A stretch of 63,127 nucleotides of DNA, counting the filler, from Squatina squatina (Eukaryota), in the NCBI GenBank assembly GCA_031763465.1. It is 3 parts of 3 records of this genome, joined end to end, with 100 filler letters (N's around TTAATTAATTAA, not from the genome) between each part and the next. Parts side by side here need not be neighbours in the genome. Positions count along the whole stretch, not along the records: positions 1 to 28,896 come from JARFOE010000222.1; 2 more parts are not named here. One strand, 5' to 3'. Below are positions 1 through 11,268 of the stretch, in pieces; positions within the stretch are counted from its first letter, which is position 1; each line of letters begins with the position of its first letter. A model generated the notes under the pieces. The model searched no databases. It had not been told where the DNA came from and was given only the letters and a program-made list of their open reading frames with translations. The position numbers were made by a program, and so were the translations under genes.

Positions 1-105
1 GGCCTGCCCGAAGTCTCTGCTGTATTTGAAATGTTGAAATACATTTTTTTTAAAAAGCTTACTGTTAATGTACATCTCATTTGTGTTTTCTAGGAAATCT
101 TGACC

Positions 106-322
106 ATGGCAACAGCACAATCTGTCTTTGCTTTTGCTGTCTGTATTCTAATGATATCTGAATTTATATTGGCGAAGAAGGATTATTATGAAATTTTGGG
201 TGTGCCAAAAAATTCATCTGACCGTCAAATCAAGAAGGCATTTCACAAACTTGCAATGAAATACCATCCGGATAAAAATAAAAATCCAGATGCAGAGGCA
301 AAGTTCAGGGAAATTGCAGAAG
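106..322 (+). CDS. DNAJB9: DnaJ homolog subfamily B member 9 (ERdj4), first coding exon: signal peptide and most of the J-domain
   Basis: Acceptor ttttctAG at 92-93, Kozak accATGg at 106. Translates [33 protein letters not shown]...[28 protein letters not shown] with the HPD motif. Phase-1 donor G|GTGGGT at 323. Confidence 0.97.
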
Positions 323-1069
323 GTGGGTGCTGCCAACAACTCTTCTATATGTGGTTCTTAGTGTCCTTTCATCTTTTGATTAGTCTGTCTATACTTCTAG
401 TTTGTAGTCACTGGGAGAGCTACAGCCATCCTAACTTCAACTCCGAACCTTTGCCAACAGATCCATCCCCCTCATCGGCCACTATCTCGGGCTGCACTGG
501 ACTGTTCACAACTTTGATGTCTTCTTCAATCCCGAGCTGAACTTCTGACTCCTTCAGAAAGACAGCCTACTTCCACCTCTGTAACATCGTCCATCACCAC
601 CCTGTCTCAGCCTATCTATTGCCGAAACCTTCTCCCATGCCGTTGTCATCTCCGGACTCGAATACTGTAATGCTCTCCTGACCCGTTTTCCATCCCCCAT
701 CCTTTGTAAACTGTAGCCCATCTGCTGCCTGCATCTATCCCACACCAAGTCCTGCTCACCTATCACTTCTGCCCTTGCTGACTTGCATTTGCTTCTGGTC
801 CCCCAATGCCTCAAATTTAAAATTCTCATCCTTGTCTTTGTGGACTTACCCACATTGTCTTAATCTCCATGCTATGAAATTCCTTTGCTGGACTTCTCCA
901 CTTCCCTCTCTTCCTTTTTAAGACCCTCCTTAAAACCCATGCCTTTGACGGAGACTTTGATCACCCCTCGTGATGCCGTCATCTTTGGCTTATCGGCCTT
1001 TTTTCTATATTAATGGTGCTATAAATGGAAGTTGTTGTTTTCTGCTTTATAACTGAGTTTTTTTTGCAG
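323..1069 (+). other. DNAJB9: DNAJB9 intron (GT-AG, 747 bp)
   Basis: Canonical GT donor and polypyrimidine/AG acceptor join two in-frame DNAJB9 exons. Confidence 0.95.
425..1040 (+). mobile_element. Decayed L2-type LINE 3' fragment within the DNAJB9 intron
   Basis: Degenerate ORF2 motifs (gacagcctacttccacctctgtaacatc ~ TAYFHLRNI; ctcgaatactgtaatgctctcctg ~ LDY(C/S)NALL). The tail ggtgctataaatggaagttgttgtt matches copies at 32910, 57455 and 61290. Confidence 0.8.
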
Positions 1070-1509
1070 CATACGAAACCCTTTCAGATGAGAAGAAAAG
1101 GAAAGAATACGATCACATGGGTCATCAGTTTTTCAATGCTGGCAGTGGTGGTCATCGCCCCCATTCTTTCAATTTCAACTTTGATGACTTCCTTAAAGAT
1201 TTTGACTTTGATTTTGGCCACAGAGCACATCACAAGAAACATTTTGATAGTCACTTCAGGGCACACCAGGAGGCACAAAATGCACACAGGTTTTCCTTTG
1301 GCGATAGACAGTTTCCTTTTGGAGGTGGGTTGTTTGATGATGTATTTGAAGACATGGAAAAGATGTTCACCGTCAGCAGTTTTGGCAGCACACACAAACA
1401 CACGGTGAGAACTGAGAAGTTTCAAAGCACTGGGAAGCAGCACTGCAGGACTGTCACACAGCGCAGAGGAAACATGGTCACCACATATACAGACTGTTCA
1501 GTGCCGTAA
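1070..1509 (+). CDS. DNAJB9: DNAJB9 last coding exon: end of J-domain, G/F-rich region and C-terminal domain
   Basis: Acceptor ttttttttgcAG at 1068-1069 restores the frame (G|CA = Ala; AYETLSDEKKRKEYD). Contains FGGGLFDDVFEDMEKMF and the characteristic end HCRTVTQRRGNMVTTYTDCS; TAA at 1507-1509. Spliced CDS is 217+440=657 nt, 218 aa. Confidence 0.97.
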
Positions 1510-2995
1510 ACCTGCTAAATGTACATGATATACTTGACAGCTTTTATATGTCATGGCTTGTTTCCCATGCAGAAGTGTCAAGAAGGCAATAGTTGTGCTG
1601 ACTTGCACAAAAATAATGTTCCCTGTTTAGTTTTTGTGAACCTTGTAGAAATTTATTGAGTGCAGTGGCTAATTCCAGCTAGAAACTGTACTTGGTTGTT
1701 ACAGTATCCACTTTCAGGCTTAGTAATTCCAAGCACATATTGTTTAAACATAAAGCAATAGAAAGAATAATTGATGTATGAGCTAGAGCAGGAGGTAAAG
1801 TAACATGTTTAAATGAAATAATAGTGAAGCAGGTTAATCTGTAACATAATTGTATTTGCTTAATCCCAATATATGGAATGCTTTTAGTTTTATTTGAGGA
1901 CAGAACTTGTATCTTGCCATGGCTAATGAAGGCAGAGTGCCGTGATATAATAGCTTCACCATGTTACTAGCTTATCTATCAGTTTCTTAATATGATCTAT
2001 GTGGTATCCTAGAAGCCACCATGAATAATTCAGTTTCAATAGTATGTGTGCTGAGCCCGTGCCTTATTTATTGCTTTTGTTTTTCTGTTTAAATGCCTAT
2101 CGAATTGCAACTAATTTTGGCATTATTGTGTTGCTCTGACTTTTCAGGCTTTGGTTTTAAAAAAAAAAAAATTGAAATGGCAAATATAGTGCAAGGAATG
2201 TATCAAGTTTGAATCTGAACTGTAAACTTGTACATTTTGTGTTAGTATGGAGAATCACAGCATTTAGTTAAAATTTGTTAACTTTAATGTACATAATGTG
2301 ATATAGTTTGAAAATAAATATTTAGACTTAATTCCTGTAAAACTCATCAAATACAGGGCACATAATTCTATTCGGTGCTAAATAAAGTTACTTCTTTTTA
2401 TAAAGTGCTTTGAATTTAATTTCGAACTTTGCCTAAACTTTCTTGGGTTATGAGTGACAACTAAATGCAAAGATATTTTCAAAATACAACCCATAGCATG
2501 CTTTGTGTAATATAAAAAAAAAACTACTTTGGAAGTGTGGGAAAGTACCATACTCAGTCCCTTTGTAGGCTTTTATAATATTCAGTAGCCAGCATTGAAT
2601 AACTAACAAAATGAAGTTATTCTTAAATGACAATGATTAACACTTCTCCTGCTAACCTGTACGCCTGGATGTTCAGCAAACTTGTATCTTTCACATGCTA
2701 AGTGGTAAATTTTCCTAGTTATATTCTGAACATTTGTTTTTCTTGCCATATGTCTCCCCTTTCTGTTTGATTAGTGTACAGAATTTATAAAATCTGATTA
2801 CCTCATTTCATTGTCTTGAAAATTGCAGGAAAAGAACTGTGTACTGTCAAGTGTGCAATATTGGTGTACAGAAACTTTGCTGCATTGCAGATGTGTAGAC
2901 TCCATTAGTTTATTAAAATTGTGAAATCTGTGTCCAACATGTCTTGCACTTTTCCAAAATGCACTTGTTAAATAAATCCAGTTGATAAAACCTTA
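1510..2995 (+). other. DNAJB9: Probable DNAJB9 3'UTR with tandem poly(A) signals
   Basis: Repeat-free AU-rich sequence after the stop codon; AATAAA at 2313-2318, 2381-2386 and 2971-2976; Pumilio-type TGTACATA at 2288-2295. The true 3' end cannot be determined without transcripts. Confidence 0.6.
2971..2976 (+). promoter_or_regulatory. Candidate distal polyadenylation signal of DNAJB9
   Basis: AATAAA at the end of the UTR-like block, followed by a U/GU-rich stretch (ttattgtgtt). Confidence 0.45.
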
Positions 2996-5900
2996 TTGTG
3001 TTAAAATGAAGACTTTACCCTTAATCGGTTCTTTAATGAAGCTCAAACATGTCAAAATTTTTTTTACAATAATACTTCATATTATGTGCAAGGTAGTTTT
3101 TTTTATGGTCAATGCTTTCTATCAAAACTTTGGCCTTTTTAATGTGCAGCATTTGTTCTCAGCATTTTTTTCACATCTTTCAGCATTGTGCTTGCATAAC
3201 AGCACCCTCTGCTATTTGGGCTTATGGACTTGGGAAGCTCCATTCAGGCAGCTTTGACAAGAGGGTGATACTCTGTTCCAAGGTGGGTCCACCCACCTTT
3301 GATACAGCTTCTACTGCAGAACCTCGAAGACCTCCTCGGTTTTCTCTCATTTCTGTCTTGGTGATTTTATTTTTCTCCCATCTACTTTTCTTTGCAGTCA
3401 CTATTCCCTTATAGGATCATAGAATAGTACAACACAGAAGGNNNNNNNNNNNNNNNNNNNNNNNNNNNNNNNNNNNNNNNNNNNNNNNNNNNNNNNNNNN
3501 NNNNNNNNNNNNNNNNNNNNNNNNNNNNNNNNNNNNNNNNNTTGGGGACGGGATTAGAGTGGGGCAGTGAGGTGGGGGCAAAATACCCAAAAGGGGAAAT
3601 GACAGATGGTATAACTGGATGATAGGAAGAAGAGAAGACAGGATAGAACAGCTCAAGAACAGAAAAAAAGGAGTTAGAAGTCTGGAGCAGCAGATACAAT
3701 GCACTGCAAATGGCCACAGAGAGAATTTAGGCTATGTAGACATGGCAAATATTAGGATAGACATGTCTGGTCTTAAACAGATGAAGGACAATATAAGAGT
3801 CCAAAATTAAAGTCTGAGGCCTTTTGAGACATATTATACTGTGTCCATGTTCTCCATGCATCACTGAAAATATGCCCATGCAGACATTCTTTTTTACAAG
3901 CAAAAATTGGGAATATGGCTATTAATACAGTCAATCTTGCAAGTTATGGAACAAGGGCATTAATATGAATAACAAATTGGTGCACTTAGTTTCATTTTAG
4001 ATGGTAGGTGTTTCAATTGACTTCATTTATTTGCTGGTTCCATTATCAGGCAGTACCAAGTTTTCAGCTTGTGTGATTCAGCAACTGTAGGAAGTCAGCA
4101 GGGAAATAACAATTTTCATAAAAACCTCCAGTACTGAAGGTCAATAACCTTGTGCTTGTGTGAATTAAAGAACAATTTTAATTGTGCTGTCCAGGTGTCT
4201 AAATAGAAAGCTGGCTTCTTATCTACTCCCTTTGCAATTAACTAGTTTGTGAAGTCATGGTGTCATTAGTGAGCAGTTTTGCCTGAGGGATAAGGCAAAG
4301 CTAATGTTGGAAACTCACTGGCCCTAGTAGTTGGCCAAAGGGGTTGTCAGCACTGATCATTGACGTAGCTATGCTTATGTATACTATAGTTTCTTTATAT
4401 ATAACAACAGAGACTTAAAAGGAAGTTACAAGCCAGCATGGCAAATGAGTACATTCAGATAATATATAAATTGCCATATTTTTTGAAGAATTTTAACATG
4501 CCATTGTAGATCAAGGATGAGAGCTGCAGTGATAAGGAGAACATAACACATTCTGCATGTTTGCAAAATTGCCAAAGCAATATTTTGCAACATAGGATTC
4601 TGTTAGGTGGCTAAATGTTTGCCTCAGTCACCATTGTTTTCAATCTAGGGAATGAAGATATTGCTGTTGGATTTCATAATCTGGCTTTTTTTAATGTCTC
4701 AAATTTAGCACTAACATCATATTCTCAGCTCCGAAAGAGACAGCTTTAGGAACTGGCAGAAAATAGTAATGTCACTCAGTGGTAGAAATTACATGCTATT
4801 TTTAATGATCTGCCTATGTGGTGTATTTTGATAAAGTTATCTTAGAAATCCACAGGACCAGAAAAAACCCATCATAGTTCACCTGACCAGTTTCATGACT
4901 TTGTTAAAATAGAGCACAAGCATGCTAATCAAATCATTAACGTCATGCTGGGAGTAATTTCTACTCCATAAAGTACCATGGAATGCTCTTGTGGGTCTGG
5001 TATTAAGTTATTATAACCCTTTGAGATCCACAAGGATTCTCTAGCCCTCCAAATAAACTATCGATACTTTCATAAAATGTGGTTCTNNNNNNNNNNNNNN
5101 NNNNNNNNNNNNNNNNNNNNNNNNNNNNNNNNNNNNNNNNNNNNNNNNNNNNNNNNNNNNNNNNNNNNNNNNNNNNNNNNNNNNNNATCCAAGCTGAATT
5201 TTGGGGGATGCGAGATGGCCGCCCCCAGACGCCGTTTTTTAAAATAACGGCGCCCCACAGAGGTGATTAAAAAAGGCCAATTTCGGCGTCCTGATGTGTA
5301 CCAGTCGTCAAATCATACCAGTGTTAAACCAGTAAGTACAACAGCATATTCGAATCTTTGGCAGAGTGACGAAATGTTCTCATCTTCCCAGAGTATTTTG
5401 CATAACTGAAAATTAACAAACCTATTCTCACTAATGAATGCAGTGGGAACTAATAGTGAACCTGTCTATAGTGAAAAATTCAAATATTCCGATTCATTTA
5501 CTTTTTAAGAGATGGAATAGGAATCCTATTACAAAGTGAATGAACATCTATTTATAGTAAGGATTTAAGCGCTGTTTATACAATATGGAGAATTGAACAC
5601 ATTTGTAGATCAATGGAAATGAATGCCTGTAGTCATGAAGCATTTAATTTCTGTTTGCTCATCAACTAAGTTTCTTAATCACACTTGCATTAAAAAAGTG
5701 TTTATCTCAGTTTGGTTTCTGGAAATCAGTTCAGCATTTTGATCCCTTTTAGCAAAGTATGCAGCTTTTTCAACTTTAGTTCAAAACCTGAACAATTAGA
5801 AAATGCAGCACCTACTTGGCATTGTAGGGGCGGTGACGGCCTCAAAATGGGGTCGGAAGACTCACCACCCTATTAAGGGCAATGATACCGCCATTTTTAC

Positions 5901-6084
5901 AGGGTCTACTGCTGGGCAGCTGGTGCAGCTCCCTTGAGGTTTATTTAACATGCAAATTGGGGGTGCTGTGACATCTGAAACTGCCCCACTGCAGTTTGTT
6001 TTAATTTCCTCTCTAAAACTCTCCATCTCTCTCTTCTCCTTTAAAATGCTCCTTAAAACCAACCTTTTTGACCAAGTTTTTGGC

Positions 6085-6140
6085 CAATGGTATATTGGCC
6101 TTCATTGCAAGAGGATTTGAGTACAGGAGCAAGGATGTCT
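6085..6140 (+). mobile_element. CR1 LINE ORF2 fragment, preceded by an L2 tail fragment at ~6005-6085
   Basis: Translates ANGILAFIARGFEYRSKDV, a typical CR1 post-RT motif; truncated by a gap. Confidence 0.75.
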
Positions 6141-6240
6141 NNNNNNNNNNNNNNNNNNNNNNNNNNNNNNNNNNNNNNNNNNNNNNNNNNNNNNNNNNNN
6201 NNNNNNNNNNNNNNNNNNNNNNNNNNNNNNNNNNNNNNNN

Positions 6241-6991
6241 CAATGCATGATGCATTGACAGGCCTGCCGGAAAGCCTGAGTGTAATGTCAAGGAACACAG
6301 AGGTGTCCGGCACCAGCCTTGCACAGGGCTTCGTGCTGAGCTTTGAGCCCATGCTTTCCAGCATGGGAGTGATGGCCAACTCCACTAACGCACTTGTAAA
6401 CCCAACCATGATGCAGGGTCTGAAATCCGATGTCTCAGCTTTTCCATGTTCGAGTGCTGCAGTGGAAGCTCAGAATTCTGTCATGCCAGCTCAGACTACT
6501 CTCATGCAGGCTCAACTTGCTGCGCAAGCTCAGACTGCTGTCATCCAGGTTGCGTTTACCGGTGTGGAAAGTGGCTTGCAGGATCTCACAGCAGTCCAGC
6601 AATCCGTCATCCGACAGACGCTAGGGTTGCTGAGGCATCGCCCCGGGGGAGTGGCAGTGGCTTCGTGGAACACAAACTTCCTGTCCTCTCTCAGGATGAC
6701 AGCATTTGTCCTCCTGCCCCTACCACTCTACCAGTGCCCGTGCTGCTGCCTGTCAGCCAGCCAGCCCAGACAGCGGCTGCTCAGGCCAATATGGTGCAGT
6801 CCCCAGCCAGGCCTTCTAAGCTCAGAGCTGCTCAAGGTCGTCCTGCAAGGACATCTGCAGTCTCCTCCACTGAAAGGCAGCAGCCTTCCACTAGCCATGC
6901 TGCAACCACTGGGGTAGCATTTCGTAGGAGTGCTAGGACAGGCAAAGGCACACTGACGACAGGCACTCAGGAAATGCACAAGGGTGATTAG
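6241..6991 (+). pseudogene. C-terminal part of a probable Harbinger-associated Myb/SANT-like accessory protein, frameshifted
   Basis: GC-rich coding-like block with two overlapping ORFs: Ala/Gln-rich helical part (…AAVEAQNSVMPAQTTLMQAQLAAQAQTAVIQ…QQSVIRQ) then a Pro/Ser/Arg-rich tail (SPRGSGSGFVEHKLPVLSQDDSI…GVAFRRSARTGKG). Resembles multicopy shark Harbinger ORFs from memory. The N-terminus is lost in a gap. Confidence 0.55.
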
Positions 6992-7901
6992 TTGGTTTTG
7001 TTATGTAATATTGAATGGATTGATGTATAGTGTTGGATTGGAATGTTTCTTTTGTGGTGACTTTTATTTCAGCATAATGGCCAAGAGGGCACTGTGATGG
7101 TCAGNNNNNNNNNNNNNNNNNNNNNNNNNNNNNNNNNNNNNNNNNNNNNNNNNNNNNNNNNNNNNNNNNNNNNNNNNNNNNNNNNNNNNNNNNNNNNNNN
7201 NNNNACTTTCCATCAGTCAACTCACCTAGAAATCTCATATCTATGAAGGTCAGCACTTGATATTTTACTTACAGTGTGCAACTTGCTTTAATTGTTCATG
7301 TGACCATACATTGACCACATATTCATTTAGACATATAAAATTAGGACTACAATCAAACAGGGCAAATTGCAAAGACAGGCACCCAGCCATATCCGATGAG
7401 GTGTGATAAAGCGAAGAAAATACTGTGATGTTTCACTATATTGATAATTGACTGTCATTTCTGAGCTAAATGAGTTTTAAATAATTATATTGTCAGCATC
7501 TAGAGTATTCTTGCGATTCACTCAGCTGAATCCACTTTGCCAAATGATTGTCAAAATCCAGCTATAAGGTCAACAACCTTCTCTGTAGACAGAATAATTA
7601 GTCATCCACCATAATCTGTCATTCGTATCTAAAACTCCCAGCTCCTTGTTTATTATTGCAGACACTGTCTAAATGTTAGGCTTTCTAAAATACCTGATTT
7701 CGTACTTATTTGATTAAATGCAGAGTGCTTGGAACACATAGCTATTGGCCACTGTCCACACTAACAGAGCATTCCTAGTTTTATATTGGTCTTTGTTGTT
7801 TAGTGTATCAGTACTCCCAACTGTTATTATTGACACTATATAGAGATACATTGGAAAATATTTCATACTTTGCATAGAAATTAAAAGTGTAAAAGTTTTT
7901 G

Positions 7902-8249
7902 TATTCATTCCTGGGATGTGGGCATTGCTGGCAAGGCCAGCATTTATTGCCCCTCCCTAGTTGCCCTTGAGAAGGTGGTGATGACCTGCTGGCTTGAACC
8001 GCTGCAGCCCTTGTGGTGAATGAACCCCCACAGTGCTGTTAAGGAGGGAGTTCCAGGATTTTGACCCAGTGATGACGAAGGAACGGTGGTAGACTTCCAA
8101 GTCAGGATGGCGTATGACTTGGAGGTGGTGCTGTTCCCATATGTCTGCTGCCCTTGTCCTTCCAGATGGTAGAGGTCATGGGTTTGGGAGGTGCTGCCGA
8201 AGAAGCCATGGTGAGTTGCTGCAGTGCATCTTGTAGATAGTACTCGATG
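7902..8249 (-). mobile_element. CR1-group LINE 3' end (second family, GGGCAATAAATGC tail)
   Basis: Minus strand encodes STIYKMHCSNSPWLLRQHLPNP and a SWNSL-like motif. Same family as 50754-50985. Confidence 0.75.
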
Positions 8250-10840
8250 NNNNNNNNNNNNNNNNNNNNNNNNNNNNNNNNNNNNNNNNNNNNNNNNNNN
8301 NNNNNNNNNNNNNNNNNNNNNNNNNNNNNNNNNNNNNNNNNNNNNNNNNCCATGGTTTAATGGATAATCTTGTCACTACTTCTTTGTTCAACAAAGTTCA
8401 CGTTAGGTTGGGAAAATGGCAGTACAGTGTTCAATAGCTTGGTTCAGTGGTATATTGTTTCCGAGGACTCATTTTATATGGGCAAGCTGAGAAAATCAGG
8501 AAATCACTTTTGTGCTCATCAGCAAGCTATTACTATTGATTACAATATTTAAATTAAGTTATTGCACATTTTGTGCGACAGTACTTTTGGTAAGTCTATC
8601 AGACTAGCTGGATGATCCTACAGTGCTTGATGGGTGAGGATACATCATAGAGATTCCCCAGCAGACTTCCTGGTCTCCGTTTGCACACTCCATGTTGGTG
8701 GGGCTGGCAACCAGGAAATACACAATTACGTTTTTTTATCATGCTTGAGTAAACTACAAGTTTTCAAAAAAGAAGTTCCAAATATTCTGTTGAAGTAGCA
8801 ACACTATGTGGTAAAGCAACTTAACAAAAGCCTATTCTGTAGTCATAAATGGATACGAACAGAATGAGAGCTGCAAGCAGTAAAATTGCAGGAGTTTCCT
8901 TGCTGTTAATAAAAGCTAGCTGTTCTCCATTCTGTTTGTGCTGCCTAATTTGGCTGTAATTTTTAAAAATTGATATTGAGTTGATTCTCCCCTGCTGAGC
9001 TTTATCTACAGCGAACAATTGAAGTAACTGTGAACAACCGCATAGCCCAGTTCATCACAAAGCTGTTATTTTCACAAATATGTACTTAAATACTCATCAA
9101 CACTGAACATCTACCGCCCTGCTTGGGACTGAATATTGCTATTGCTTTTGTTGGAGTGATTTGTGTGCGGTTTCAATACAGCGGCGTGCAGCCATGCTGG
9201 GAATATCTCGTACATTTCCTCAGAAAGTGCTTTGTTCAAGGTCACTTTCAAGGCCAAATTCAAAAGCTTTTATGAGGATAACATTGAGATTAGCGGACAG
9301 TAAACCTTTCACTCAGCTTCCCATTGAGCTTCAGATGTTTCTCAAATTGCCTTACATTAGCAGTAATCACTATGTTTGTTCAATAGAGCAGAATGGACAA
9401 TTGAGTTTTATCACAGAGAATAATCATTTCTGCTTGTGCACTAAATGTTTATATCTTTTAGTACAGGATATTAGCATAGACTGTAAAAGTTGTTTGGTGT
9501 TTTCGGGTGACAGTAAAGGGGCTAATTGTCCCTCATAAGAGTTATTTTTCTCTCTCTTTAATGCACCGATAAGGATTGCATGACTTTACTCTGTACGAGT
9601 AATTTTCTGAGTGTGTGCAGATGGTGGGGAGCTGTACCCATTGGCGACACACATAATAAAATTGTGGGCTTGTTGGCTGTGATTTTCCAAAAGCATTGCC
9701 TGTCTCTAACATGCACTTGGAAAATCATCACCTGTGTTCTTTCTTCAGGGGCTCGTGAGCTCTGGGCTGCTGGTTCAGTGCCATGATCACTTGTTGCTGG
9801 GAGCAGAAAATACTGAAAGCTTTCAGCAAATCAGGCAGCATCTNNNNNNNNNNNNNNNNNNNNNNNNNNNNNNNNNNNNNNNNNNNNNNNNNNNNNNNNN
9901 NNNNNNNNNNNNNNNNNNNNNNNNNNNNNNNNNNNNNNNNNNNCATTAAATTGTTTTACATGCTGTTCTTTTAACAGGATGAAGTGTATGTTCTTGATGT
10001 TTAAAATTGCATGAAAGAGCTGTTTCCTGATTGCCAGATAGGAGAGAGAGTTTATAATGCACATTGGTCTATTGTTTGCAGCAAGTTAGAACCTATTTAA
10101 TTTTTCAAAATATACTTTTTCCCTTTTTCTTTTTATCTGACATATTTATAGCCATAAACTGTTCATTATGAATTACTAAACATGCTAGAAACTGTACACA
10201 AACTACTAATCATCTTATTAACCAGCCCATTGTATATAGCATTGCCTTTTTATCGCTTATCGTGAACAGTTTTCTAAACATGTACATTCTTTATTTATTC
10301 CAAAAGACAAAGAAAATTCTCTCTCTCTCTCTCTGGCATTAACTATTTCATAGGTACCTTTTTTTGGATGAAATTTCCCCAACTAAAAAGGGTTCAAGCT
10401 CATCACCTAGCTGATAGATTCAAGCATCTATCATCACTACAGTCATGCGAAGCAAACAGGGTGATTTTAACCCTACTCGCTGAGTAGAAACCATAGGTGG
10501 CAGTTACGATCGCCCTGCCTCTTACCTGTCTGAAAGTCACCAGGATCCCAACATCTGCAATTTTAACCTGGTCTCCTGAGTAAGCAGCAAGGACTTTACA
10601 TATGCATGTTGTGGCCTAATGACATCATTGAGACCCGACAGTAATGTTAACTCAGGCCTGAGAGGGGAATCCACCTGGAGTTAAAATTTGTCTTAATGAA
10701 CAGTTATNNNNNNNNNNNNNNNNNNNNNNNNNNNNNNNNNNNNNNNNNNNNNNNNNNNNNNNNNNNNNNNNNNNNNNNNNNNNNNNNNNNNNNNNNNNNN
10801 NNNNNNNGAACAAGGTGGCATAATATAGTTTGACCATTCA

Positions 10841-11170
10841 GGGGTGAAATTGGGAATTTAGAACTTTTAAATTCCCCACACACACTGTATTGTACTTTCT
10901 CATCTCATTGAAGCTTTGACAGATGTCCGAACTGTCAAAGCTTCAATGAGATGCCCCTATCTAATTGGTTGAGGCTTCCCATGTGACTTCTCCAGACCAT
11001 TCGCTGGACTTCCCCAGGGAACAACAGAGCTCCGATGTGAATCTCCAACTGTGGGGGGGGCAGAAAATCGCAAGCTCCCGTGGATCCAGGACTGTCAGGT
11101 AAGTTCGCAGATATTTTTGCGATTGGAGGTTTCCGCACGCAGGAAGCCTTCGATCGCAAATTCAGGGCCA
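10841..11170. mobile_element. Non-autonomous DNA transposon (Harbinger-like MITE) remnant
   Basis: Ends in cgcaaattcagggcca, matching terminal motifs at ~29475 (cgcaaattctgggcca) and 27043/27650; contains a perfect palindrome. Confidence 0.45.
10901..10953. repeat. Perfect 22-bp inverted repeat with a 9-nt loop
   Basis: catctcattgaagctttgacag-atgtccgaa-ctgtcaaagcttcaatgagatg. Confidence 0.95.
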
Positions 11171-11268
11171 GTGTTTCTTTCTCCACAGATGCTACCTGAT
11201 CTGCTGAGTATTTCCAGCATTTTCTGTTTTTATTATAGATTCCAGCATGCGCAGTATTTTGCTTCTGT
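11171..11268 (+). mobile_element. Penelope-like pseudo-LTR fragment
   Basis: ctccacagatgctacctgatctgctgagtatttccagcattttctgtttt closely matches 31331-31420. Smaller pieces lie at ~9800-9843 (-) and ~41513-41545. Confidence 0.75.

Noticed and set aside
100-540. ORF-track protein reading through the donor into a hydrophobic, TM-like stretch (possible membrane-anchored DNAJB9 isoform)
   Set aside because: A canonical donor at 323 and in-frame acceptor at 1069 explain the gene. The read-through truncates the J-domain, the hydrophobicity reflects T-rich intron sequence, and the rest is L2-derived.
1436-1456. CTGCAG as a possible IRE1/RIDD cleavage loop in the DNAJB9 CDS
   Set aside because: The flanking bases do not form the required closing stem.
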